Assembly (NCBI GenBank): GCA_001179505.1
Contig: CDMY01000417.1
Span: forward strand, 1 to 64,000
Source of the DNA: Vitrella brassicaformis CCMP3155
Lineage: Eukaryota; Protista; Chromerida
Length of the DNA stretch: 64,000 nucleotides
Direction of reading: 5' to 3'
Shown here: in pieces, positions 13,225-24,001 of the stretch
Position numbering within the stretch: the stretch's first letter is position 1
Layout of the letters: each line of letters starts with the position of its first letter
Translations under genes and position numbers: made by a program
The notes under the pieces: generated by a model
Database searches by the model: none
Told to the model about the DNA's origin: nothing
The model's input: only the letters and a program-made list of their open reading frames with translations

Positions 13225-14136
13225 ATGGACACCGACGACACTAACAGGCAGCATCTCGATGAGGTCGATGACGAGAGCCATGCATTCATCGAGGGCGTCG
13301 AGGCGGCCGTCCTGGAGGCCGCGGATGACAATGACCATGACAACGAGTCAGAAAGCACGAGAGCAACCGATGGCCATGAATGAACGAATCGCCACACATG
13401 TCTGTTTGTCTGCGTGTTCTGCAGGAGGGACGGCAGAGAGCGAGATAGCAAGGAGCGGCCACCGTCGCTCGTGTGGGAGTGGCAGGCGGCCCGTGATTTG
13501 CGACAGCAATGTGGCTTGGTTGCTGCAGAGATCGGGACACTCCCCATTGCGTGTCAACAGAACAAGCAGCTCGGTGCCCCTTTCCTTTACTCGGACGAGC
13601 AGACCACGGCCATCAGGCACATGCAGCGAGGGAGCCGCTCGTCCAGAGGACGGCGCGGCGAGTCGGGTGAGATCAGTGTCGATGAGGGTCCTGCCAGAGC
13701 GCTGGGCAAGAGAAAGCGGCAAGACGAGGATGCAGTGTGCTCTTCCGTGCGCTTCTCGATGGCGGGTCTCAAGTTCGGGGGGACCTCTGTGATGTACACA
13801 GGTACACAGACGTGGGGAGCCGCCCGGCTTTTCACATTTCATTGTGTGGTGTGGTGTGTCGCCCTTCCCTCAGGTGATCCACTGAAGTACCATGGCTTTG
13901 TTCTCATCCAGAGGGTGCCGCACAGCAGCTTGGTCTCGTCAGTGTCGCTGCTAAGGACTCATCGAGTGGCTACTGCTATGCACAAAGAGGTGGGTCAACG
14001 AGCCACGTGGATGAATGCTGCACGCTGCTGTCTATGCGGCTTGTGAGCTGTGCAGATGGTTGTGGAGGTGGCGGGCAAGGGAGTGGCCGGAGGGGAGACG
14101 AAATATCTGAAGCTTGATAGACTTGAGTACTTCTGA
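13225..14136 (+). CDS. TSEN34: tRNA-splicing endonuclease catalytic subunit, Sen34-like
   Basis: GLKFGGTSVMY-TGDPLKYH...ATAMHKE|MVVEV...: resembles the GxKFGGDFLVYPGDPLRFH motif. Tyr/His spacing +8 and His/Lys spacing +31 match the catalytic triad of TSEN34. Stop TGA 14134-14136. The first intron donor is uncertain. Confidence 0.75.
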
Positions 14137-14249
14137 GCGCGCCTGGCGTTCTGGTGCACTCAATGAATGACACTGACGGATATCCAGAGGTCACAAATCG
14201 CTGAAGGCCTTACTTACACATCCACACACAGACCACAGGAAGACATTCG

Positions 14250-15346
14250 TCACACTTCCTGTCTCGCGGCTGCTGCTGCTGCCGAGGAAGATGGTGAGCT
14301 CTGTCTCGCAGACGCACCATAGCTAGACACACCTTCCTGCACACACACACACACACACACACATACACATACACAGACCCACACATGGCCAGGGCATGTC
14401 CACTTTGCACTGTCGTACCTACCACGCTTTGTCTGATGCCTGTCGACACATGGCTGGGGAGGATTTCAAAGTCAAAAGGCCCAATCGCGAGAGACAGCAG
14501 CTGAACGATGCATCAAAAGGGAATGAGACACACACGCGGTTGTGCGCACATGACATGTATACCTTGATATGTGTGACGACAAAGGGCGTGAAGCACAGCA
14601 GAAGCCACACCAGCCCACACAGCTGACACACGAGTCGACACCAGCAGTGCTGTGTGCTGTGTGCCAGGGTACGTGTCCATTCTCTGTCTTACGGCATGCT
14701 CCACACTGATAATAATCCCAAAGGTATATTTCCATGTCAGCTTCCACACTTTGCTAAGGGCCAGACCGGCCGGGTCCTCGTCACGCCACACAATGCGATA
14801 CCCTGCACGCACGCACTCACAAACAGACAGAAGACCATGCATGGATGGTCTGCAAACAAACAAAGGAGACACGCGTTTGTCACACACATGCACTGACTGA
14901 CCGAATGGCAGGATGGACAGTGCGGCCATCTTGAACAATCTGAGTGCATACTGTGAGACACCGCACGAGACACAAAGTCTATGAACACCCCCCACCAGCC
15001 CCCAGACTCCCCCGTATGGTGTGTCACAGGAGCAGAGCCGCGGGACAATCTATGGGTGCGTGCAACTAACCACTCGTCCCACAATCGTGACGGCAAGGAG
15101 GCAGCCAGCAATGACATAAGTGACGGAGGGCAGGAACCCGAGTAGTAGCACGAACAGGACATTGAAGAGCACCTGAAAACCCCTAAGTGAGCCTGCAGTG
15201 AAATGAGTCGACACACACACCCAGCCGTCTCCTCTTCTGTCTGTCTGTCTGTCGCAACTAAGTCAGCACTTTTTACCCTGGGTCACTTCCTCAGGAAAGT
15301 CAAGGTACTTCCCCTCAGACACCACGGCCAGACCGGCTGGCCTCAT
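14250..15346 (-). CDS. Small membrane protein with two YccF (DUF307-type inner-membrane component) repeats
   Basis: Phase-consistent splicing gives MRPAG...FQVLFNVLFVLLLGFLPSVTYVIAGCLLAVTIVG...LRLFKMAALSILPFG-YRIV...KVWKLTWKYTFGIIISVEHA-LCGLVWLLLCFTPFVVTHIK-LLSLAIGPFD...ARQEV*. Both halves echo the YccF pattern 'N(I/V)LW...G..L.ITIIGIPF...FK.A.LAL.PFG'. Confidence 0.7.
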
Positions 15347-15527
15347 TTTCGTAGGCCACGCCCCTGCGAGCTAGCGTTTCCGTTGATTTCAACGGCTGTC
15401 CCAGATTTCCAATTTCCCACGCACAACTCTACGGACAAAGGATCATCGTGCTTGCGATTCCCGACACCATTCCGACGCTACTGCTTTTCCCGTACATCCC
15501 TCCCGATTAGAAACGACGACTGACAAG

Positions 15528-17602
15528 ATGAGTGCGCTAGCCTTTCCCCTGCTCCTACTGCTCTGCTCTACTGCCCTCTCCCAGGGCCACCCTGCACACA
15601 GCCGGCCCTCTAAAGACGGTACGTTGATGCACAGGCCACGAAGACCGCTTGTTTGTACCATGCCTTCCGTCTTGCGTGTGTGTGCTGACCGTCTGCAGAT
15701 CTGCCCGCCGCCCAGGGCCTCGCTGCCGTGGATGGCCACGAAGGCGGCTACGCCGACCACGATGGCGAGAAGACCACACACGAGCTCAGCGTCGGCCAGA
15801 TCGGCCATGACCAGCCGAAGGCCTACCCCTACTCGTCGAGCAGCGGCGACACCGAGAAGACCACACTGAACGACTCGCGCGGCCTGGCTGCCCTCAACGG
15901 CCAGGAGGGCGGCTATGCCGAGAGCGATGGTGAGAAGACCACTCACACCCTCGAGGCGTTTGAGCGAATGGATCAGGTGGCAACCGAAGACGAGACACAC
16001 GAAGAGGGTACGTAGGTGTGAAAGGGGGGAGAGTGGCTCAGTAGTCCATTTTGTCTGTGCATTTCTGCATTTCAGAGTCTCTCGACAGTGAGGCCCCTGA
16101 TGAAGTGGAAACTGCTGGTAACGATACTGTGGAAAGTGACAGCGATATTCACCAAGAGGGTAAGCGACACGACACAGCAAGAGTGGGTGCAGCGAGAGAC
16201 TCACTCATGTGTCTGTGTCTGATTCCAGAGACTCTCGATCAAGTGGAAACCGACAGCGACACTACTGTGGAAACGGGCGACAAAACTTACCAAGAGGGTA
16301 AGCAAGGGGCTGGATGGACTCGAGGGCCGATCGTGCACTTCCGATGTCTGATTTCCAGAGACTGTCGCCAGCGAGGCGCGTGCCATGGCTGCCGTGGGCG
16401 GCCACGAGGGCGGCTATGCTGACCATGATGGCGAGAAGACCACCCACGAGCTCAGCCTTCCCGTGATTCAGGAGAGTGCTGAGAGTGCTGAGACCAACGC
16501 CTACCCCTACACCAGCCTTGACGACGAGAAGACGACCCTCGAGTACCCCCCTCGCGCAATGGCCGCACTCAACGGCCACGAGGGCGGATACGGCGACCAC
16601 GATGGCGAGAAGACCACCCACATTCTCGGATCGCCGCCCAGCATCGTTCCATACCCACACGACGGCCACCCGCACAAGGACCGCTCGGCGAAGGACGGGA
16701 GCACCCCCACGACTCGCAAGAGCAAGAAGGGCGCCGTTCGCCAGCTCCTGAAGAAGGCCGCGGCCACCAAGGTCGACCCGAGACTCTCGGACCTCAGCGA
16801 CCGAGGCTCGCTCGTATCGACCAAGCACACGGTGCACGAGCTGGCCACACAGCTGGGTCAGCCTGAGTGGCATCAGCCGTCGTCGGCCAACAACAGAGCG
16901 CTGCACGTGTATGACAACGACGGCAACCAGAATGAGCTCTTCCTGGAGGAGGAAGAGCCCGTTCCCAAGGCTGAGAAGATGCAGGACAGCAGCCGGCCAT
17001 GCACGACACTATGGTGAGCACTCACACACATACGGTCACACCGACACACCGAGTGCAACACAATCATGGGTGTGTGCATGTGTGCGGATCAGGTGTCCAC
17101 GCGACCGTCATCTGCGCCGCCGTCCATCCGAGGCGACGAAAGCTCACCCGCACATGCACACCCTGTCGTGGGCAGCTCGCGAGGGCACCCTCAAGCACGG
17201 CACCACACACGACACGGGCGATGCTGATGCGAAGGAGGAGCTGGTGGCCAAGTCCATGTGGAGCAGAGGCATACTCGTGGACGCGGTCGCAAGAGATGAC
17301 GTCCAGACCCTCCAAGCCGACCTGAAGAAAATGGGCGGGTGGGCAAACGAGGGAGGGGGAAAGGGGAGAGAGAGAGATGTGGGTATGATTGATGCGTGTG
17401 GCTTGTGTGGTGTGGTGTGGTTGTCAGGTCTGAAATCATTTGCATGGACCGGTTGTGCAGTGCGATCGTGCCGCACTCGCAGCTGCAGGCCCTCATGCAG
17501 GCCGAGTCCGTGCAGCTCATCTACCCCGCCTCACCCATCGAGCGGGACCCACCCAATACACACGACCACACCAAGAGAGCCCTCCGACAGAGGCACCAAT
17601 AG
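15528..17602 (+). CDS. Secreted acidic His/Gly/Tyr-rich repeat protein of unknown function
   Basis: Signal peptide MSALAFPLLLLLCSTALS; four copies of GxEGGYxxxDGEKTTH; GT-AG introns in phase through the repeat region. The 3' end (17602) is uncertain. Confidence 0.7.
15728..16630 (+). repeat. Intragenic repeats: 4x G(H/Q)EGGY(A/G)(D/E)(H/S)DGEKTTH and 2x AYPY...EKTTL
   Basis: Copies near 15734, 15897, 16400 and 16571, visible at both DNA and protein level. Confidence 0.9.
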
Positions 17603-20006
17603 ACAGAGACAGAGAGACACAAACACACACACCCGGCCGGCCGACCAGCCAGCCCCCGTTTTAAACGCATCAGGCAGGGGTTTTCTCTGCCTGGTCGGCC
17701 GCTGATGCGTTTCTCCTTTGCTTGCTTGCCTGTCGCTCTCATGTGCGCGTGTGGTGTGCGGTGTGTGGTCTATCGTATCCATTTATCAGCTGCTGGGTGG
17801 CAGGACAGGAAGCTCGGTGACAATTTTCGGCCGCTTTTTGTTTGTCGCGACAGACAAGGCAAGAGAGATGATGGGGTTTTGTATCAGATCTGATCAGATG
17901 AGTGAGCCGGGGATGGCATCCATGTTGTGGGCGCGTGGTGTGTGTGTATGTATGTATGTGTGTGTGTGTACGCACGTTCGATCCATCGCAGTAACGCCCT
18001 ACTTGCATACATGTATGTACAATTGCATGTATTCGCGGTGGGCCGAACGGTGTCGCTGTGTCGAAGGCATGGGTTATCGAAGGCAGGCAGGCAGCGAGAG
18101 AGAGAGAGAGAGAGTCCTTGAGCGGCCGGGGTAGGGTGGGTTCGTGTGTCGAATGTCATGTCTGTGCTTCGCTGTGCTTCTTGTATGTACGTGTCGATTG
18201 GACATATATACGGACCGACGTATATTCATGGCAGCTAGCAAAGCTAGGTTGAGAGCGTCTCATCTTCCATCCCTGCTCTCCCTAGCTTAGCTGTGTTTGC
18301 CAACAATGAATAATCGCACACGGACCCACCCTCTATGTCATGTCTATGTCCTTGCCTGTCTTGTGTGTTGGGGATGACCTTATGGGAGGGAGGCAGAGAG
18401 AGAAGTTCGACATGTCTAGCCCTTCTGCTTGTCTGTCTGTCTGTCTGTCTGTAGGTCTCTCACGCTCTCTCGACCCATGATGTACCTACCCTCCCTCCCC
18501 ATGTGTGTATGTCCCTTGTCGATAGCAACCTCTATGTGGGCAGGGAGGCGGCCAGGCCAACGTATGCATGTGTGCACAAGGGCCGTGTGTGTGCATGCAT
18601 GTCCGTCTGTCTGTCTGTCTGTCTGTGGATTGAGGTTTTGCTGGCTGTCGGCGTGTCTGCGTGTGTATGTGTGCATGGATGTGTCTGGCCGTGGGATGGG
18701 TGGTTGAGCAGCGCTCGTGTGATGGACGGGGTGACCGATGGGATGTGATGCATGTCCCCGCACTGCTACATATATAGTGGGAGAACGTGCGATGCATTGC
18801 ATGCATTCATTCATCTGAGGGAAGTGTGTCTCGCTGTGTCTATTGTATCTGCGTGTGGCTCTGTGTCTGTGTGCAAATGTGGGGGTGAATTCGCTGGCTG
18901 AGAAAATGCAGTGACCCTGGGGAAGAGAGATAGAGAGGGACAGAGGGAGCGGTCGGCACACCCACGCTTTTTGCCCCTTCGTGTGGTGCTTGCTCCTTAC
19001 TCCTTATCCGTCCCCTCACTGCCGTTTGCCCGATGCATGCCATGCATGTCAGTATCTGTCCGTCCACGAATGGCACCATCGTAACACCTGACTGACTGCT
19101 GGCTGGATGCATCGCTGCCGGCTCTGGCTCAGCTGCCGGCACTTGTCGATAATCGGATATGATTCATCATCTTGCCCTCGTTCGCCCCCACTGTGTCTGT
19201 CTGATGGGTGTCTCATGCGTGAGTGCGCTGGTATTTATGTGCCTTCTGACATCAAGAAGGGAGAGATACATGGATGTGTCATGATGTGTGTCGTGTGAGT
19301 CGTGCGTGTGGGGCTCTGCGGTCGTTCGATCATGTGAACCCCTCTATTTATGGCTGTGACAGTCTGGCTGTGGGCTGGGCTATGGGGAGGACCAGGCCCA
19401 TCGCTCTCATTTTCTGCCTGCCTGCCTGCCTGGAGGTTTTGCCAACACCTACGTCCCTATCTGTTGTGTTTCTCGTCCTGCCTCTGTGTGTACATAAGTT
19501 TCCCGCGCCCTTTTTGGTCAAGCGTCCCTCCCTCTGTCCCATTCTCTGCCTCCCGTCTACTCTGTGTCGAAATTTCTGACAACCCTTGTATGTGTGTGTA
19601 TGTGTCCGTTCGTGTGCTAGGGGCGGATTGGGAGGGGGAGGTAATTCAGTCAGCGGACTTGTCAATCAATTAATCGGTCAGACATACAGACACTGACGTG
19701 TGCCTACATGTGTGTGTGTGTTTATAAATAAATGAATGTGCATGGCTGCAGCCACTCTTCCCACCAAAAATACTCATCACGCCGGGCGAGAATTTGAGAG
19801 ACAAACCCACAAACCCTAACGCGTCTCGTCTTTTTTCAAAATCCCTGAGAACACACCGCCACGCAGCGCATAAGAGCAGCAGCAGCTCCAGCAGCTCCCA
19901 GCAGCAGCAGCAGCAGCAACCAACAGCAGCAACACCCGTCGGCACTGTTTAGGCGTCGCAGCTGTCCCCTGGACGCCCGGTGTCTTTGATAAGTATCGCC
20001 AGCGGC

Positions 20007-21595
20007 ATGTTCTTGTTCCGCCGCGACCTGGAGACCGCCCCTAGCTGGTCCGATTCCCTGCCGCAAGGGCCCATCAGACGACCCCGAGGCCCTTCGGCAG
20101 GACGCCGCCAGCTGCGAGATGGCCGTCACGCCACTGCACGAGGAGCTGGGCTTCGTCGACTTCGGCGGCACTAGGGCCCGCAGGGCGGCAAAGAAGCAGC
20201 AGAAGCGCCAGGCCTGTAAGTCGACTCCACACGTGTTCACGTTCATGTCGAGTCAGGACCGTCAGCGATCAGAAGAGCCACGGGTCGGATTGTGTGAACG
20301 AAAGAAAGGGCTGTGTGTTTCGTACGCAGGAATTCGCCTCGGATGGTGGACTGCTGCGGCAGGCGCCCTTCAGTGGCGTCTAGGAGGAGGGAGGGTGCTG
20401 CATGCTCGGCGAGGAGGCCACAGACGGTGACTGGGCCATCACCGACCCGCCTCCCACAGCCCCTCAGCACACCACCATCGTCGCACCCGCCGCCCAGGAC
20501 ACCACGGCCGAGCAGGCCACCACGGCCGACCACCAGGAGGGTGAGGAGGGAGGCGGCGTGAGCACTGAGTCGGCGGCCGAGACGGAGGAGGAGGGCAAGA
20601 CGGCCGAGGGAGCCATCGAGGCGGGCGGGCCTTCGCCTGCTGGGTCGCCACTCGAGGATGCCATCGGGGGCGCCAGCGACTCGGACGAGGCCGCCGCCAA
20701 CATCACCACCGATATGTGTGTCTGTCTCTGTGTGTGTGGGTGTGTGTGTGTGCGTGTGATGTAGGACATCGGGAAGATTCTGATACCGGTGTGTGAGGCA
20801 CTTCTCGCTGAAGCTCGTGCCCATCGGGGTGAGTGGCACTCTCGGCAGAGACTGCCCTGTCGTGGAGGAGCTGCAGGTGTGGTACACATACAGAATCTAA
20901 AGGAGGGAAAAGCTGCATCAGTGGTGCTGTTCTCTGCTGTGCTGGGGAGTAGGTGCGTGAGTTGATAGAGGCGGACATCGCTGAGAAGTACAAGTGCAAG
21001 GGCGTGGAGCTCGGGCCTCAGAACCACAAAGAACACAAGGTCAGCGAGAGAGAGAGGGACAGAAAGGAAGATGGGATGCGACTGCATGGAACGGTCGACT
21101 GGTGCGCATCAGACGCTGGAGGATGCCAAGGCGGCGTGGAAGGACAAAAACTGGATCACGACGACATTCGCACGGTCAGCGCCGAACAGTCAGCACACGC
21201 TGGGGATGATGTCTGTCAATTGTTGCTCCGTGGTGTGTGATGATCTGTTGGGTTCAGACTGGCATATGTCAGAACGGCCCATCAAGCCGCCCCTCCCCCC
21301 CCGCCCACACGTGGCGCGTCCTGCCCCCATACGCGAGGTGCCCGCCACGGAGAGGGTGGGCAGCGTGGCCATCAAGTCGGCCAAGACGGAGAGGGCGTGG
21401 CAGAAGCTGCAGAAATAGATCGTCTACAACTGGTTCCTCACCCACAGGGCCTGCTCCTTCAAGTGGCGGCAGGAGGCCATCCACAAGGGCATCAAGGAGG
21501 TGTGGGGCGTCGAGTTCCCACCCTACCAGCCCACAGACGAGGTGGAGAAGATGTTCTTTGGCCATTCGTTTAGTCGCAAGAACAAGGCCCTGTGA
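20007..21595 (+). pseudogene. Degenerate orphan-family gene: shared MFLFRRDLETAP header plus 'YNWFLTH' domain copy A
   Basis: Relative to the 55 kb paralog there is a net frameshift near 20043 and a 184 bp insertion (20216-20399). In-frame TAG at 21416-21418 sits where tandem copy B has GAG. Confidence 0.65.
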
Positions 21596-21879
21596 GTGAG
21601 TGAGCGGGTGGGTGAAGTGCCTGGACGGCTGTGAACGGACAAGAGCTCGAGAAGAAAACCAAGAGGTTGCTGGCCATATGGCTGTGTGTCGCATCTTGTC
21701 ATGGTGGCTTGCAGGCTGAGGGATTGCTGCCTACATTTTATATCATGGCTGTCTTGTTTCGCATAGGATGCAGCGCACACGGGTGAGACATGAAGAGAAT
21801 CACGGAGACACGAACAAACTACAGAGTGGAGCATTATATGTTTGTGTTTTGAAGTGGGGCGTGTGGAGCGGCGACCAAC

Positions 21880-22400
21880 ACCGACAGCGGAGAGGAGGAG
21901 GGCAAGGCCAAGGAGGAGGCCAAGGAGGAGCAGCCGATGCTGGACAAGGACGGCGATCCCATCAAGATCGACTTCAACGCCTTCGCCAGACACTTGACGA
22001 AGAAGTACGAGCTCTACGTGCTGCCCTACGCCCACTTCCCCCTGCCCCCGCCCACACGTGACACGTGCTGCCTCCCTTCGACGGCTAGCAGAAGGGCAGC
22101 AGCACTGTGGTGACGTCGCACATGGTCCTCACGGGCGACAAGGAGATGGTGGGGCAGGCGGCCATCAAGTGGGCCATGACGCCGAAGGCTTGGGAGGGGC
22201 TCAAGAAAGAGATCATATACAACTGGTTCCTCACCCACGAGGCCTGCTCCCAGCCGTGGCGGCAGGAGGCCATCCTCAAGGCCATCAAGGAGCAGTGGGG
22301 AGTGGACTACCCGCCCTACGAGCCCACAGACGAGCTGGAGAAGATGTTCCACGGCTATTCGTTCAGCCGCAAGAACACTGCCTCGAGTGCGAGTGACTGA
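21880..22400 (+). pseudogene. Second tandem copy (B) of the 'YNWFLTH' domain, apparently 5'-truncated or frameshifted
   Basis: 22107-22400 ORF aligns with copy A (AIK.A.T..AW..L.KEI.YNWFLTH.ACS..WRQEAI.K.IKE.WGV..PPY.PTDE.EKMF.G.SFSRKN). Upstream frames are interrupted by stops. Confidence 0.5.
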
Positions 22401-22863
22401 GTGAGGTGGCCGCCGAGGGGTGGTAGTAGTGGTGTGTGGTGGTGGCGGTGGTAGTGGGCGGCGGGCTGTTGACGATATGATTGAGGCCAGATCATCTGGC
22501 GACTTGTCGTGCGTGTGAACGTGTGGATGCTGCAGCGGTGAACGGACAAGAGGTAAGAGAAGCTCGAGAATGAAACCAAGAGGTCGCCGACCATAGGCTG
22601 TGTGTCTCATCTTGTCATGGTGGCTTGCAGGCTGAGGGATTGCTGTCTACATTTTATATCATGTTGTCTTTCTTTCACGGGTGAGACACGAACAGAAGGT
22701 CTATTTCTGAGCAAGAGAATTTCTCTTGACGTCGTATGAAGACACAACTTCATTGGTCAACACGCAGAGGGCAGCATAAAGGGGGCCAGCTGTGTCTCAA
22801 TGAGACTTCATTATAAAGACACACCTCTCAAACTACCCGATAAATCCAAAGGCTGGAGAATTC

Positions 22864-24001
22864 CTACTGCATGACCCCGACATATGTCTCGCCTCGACTG
22901 CCGCTGTCCTTGGCAGGGGGCTGGGTGAAGTCCACAAGGTCGGTGGCCTTCACCAGGTCGGGCACATAGACATCAAACAAAAACACTGGAGGGACACACG
23001 CACGCACGCAGGCAAAATGAATGTCGCATCTAGACAGCCGGGCGGGAAGCCTACCTGTGCGGGCGCTTTTGACGGTGAAGGGCTCAGACTGCAGTGAGAA
23101 AGGCCGCCAGTGCCCATTCTCGATGTCGGCATTCTCGTGGCACTCGGATGTGTGAGATGTGCAGTGGTCGTCGGTGATCAACGCATACTTGTACCCGGGG
23201 GCCTGGCCGCCTCTGACTCTCTCTGGAAACAGGTTGGTACGGATGAACTTGTGCACGAGTCGGTTCGACAAGTGCTGCAAGACGTCCTTGGCAATGAGCA
23301 GGTCGGCAGATGGAAGGGGCTCCGTCAGGCTGCCCACATGAAACCGAATGCTGTCCGAGCCGTATCTCTGCTGGTTTTTCCTGACAACGTCCTTCACCAC
23401 ATCGATGCCCGTATAGTCGACGTGCAGGTCAGCCCATGGGATGAGCCGCGAGAAGAGCCAGTCGCCACACGCGGCGTCGACCACTGAGGTGATCTGGTGG
23501 TCCTTGATAAACTGAATGAGGAACGCGCGATAGCCGACTGTCTGCTCGGGGAGAGAGCCGCCGCCCGAGGTGCCCTCGCCCTCCGCATTCTTGCCCCAGT
23601 GGCCCGTCTCGTAGATGGTGCCAAACTTGCCGCCCAGGCCCGATATCTCCTCAGTAATTGTCGCAGGCTCACCGGCGCCGCTGTCAGTGCCGTTTTCCTG
23701 ACCATGAGCGCTCAGATGGCCTGAAGATGGATCGCATGACAACGAAGGGACAGACATCTGGCCAGCCCCGCAGTGGCATGCCCTCACCTGCTCGAAAGTG
23801 TCGGCTCTTTGTGCGCCTTGCCTTTCTCCGCATTCTCTTCCATGCAGACGGCTTCATCTCCTGTAGTGACTGGTGTGTCTCGGGACTGTTTCCAAGAAAG
23901 GGCGCCGGCGACCGGTACCGGTGTGGTGAGCGGCCCCCCCGCACGTTGGCGGCTAGAGTCGCAGACAAGAGGCTCAGCCAGAGACACCCCAGCCCCACCA
24001 T
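22864..24001 (-). CDS. Class I SAM-dependent methyltransferase with N-terminal signal/targeting peptide
   Basis: FGTIYETGHWG...TSGGGSL, SVVDAACGD (motif I), YTGIDVV (motif II), ADLLIAKDVLQHL (motif IV). First exon MVGLGCLWLSLLSATLA followed by an R/S/K-rich stretch. Confidence 0.85.

Noticed and set aside
17718-18134. Possible extra 3' exons extending the secreted repeat protein into a protease domain
   Set aside because: No subtilisin catalytic motifs in any frame; the sequence degrades into (GT)n/(GA)n repeats.
18840-19142. 100 aa minus-strand ORF MPAAEPEPAAM...
   Set aside because: No motif or splice support, and local repeat polarity suggests plus-strand non-coding sequence.
19811-19819. 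Telo-box/telomere-like AAACCCTAA (and CCCTAA near 55425) upstream of both header copies
   Set aside because: Single short matches at different spacing outside the homologous block; compatible with chance.
21416-21418. Programmed stop-codon readthrough or alternative genetic code at the in-frame TAG
   Set aside because: The same gene has a frameshift and an insertion upstream, and other genes use TAG as a normal stop (for example 57123, 60821). Pseudogenisation is simpler.
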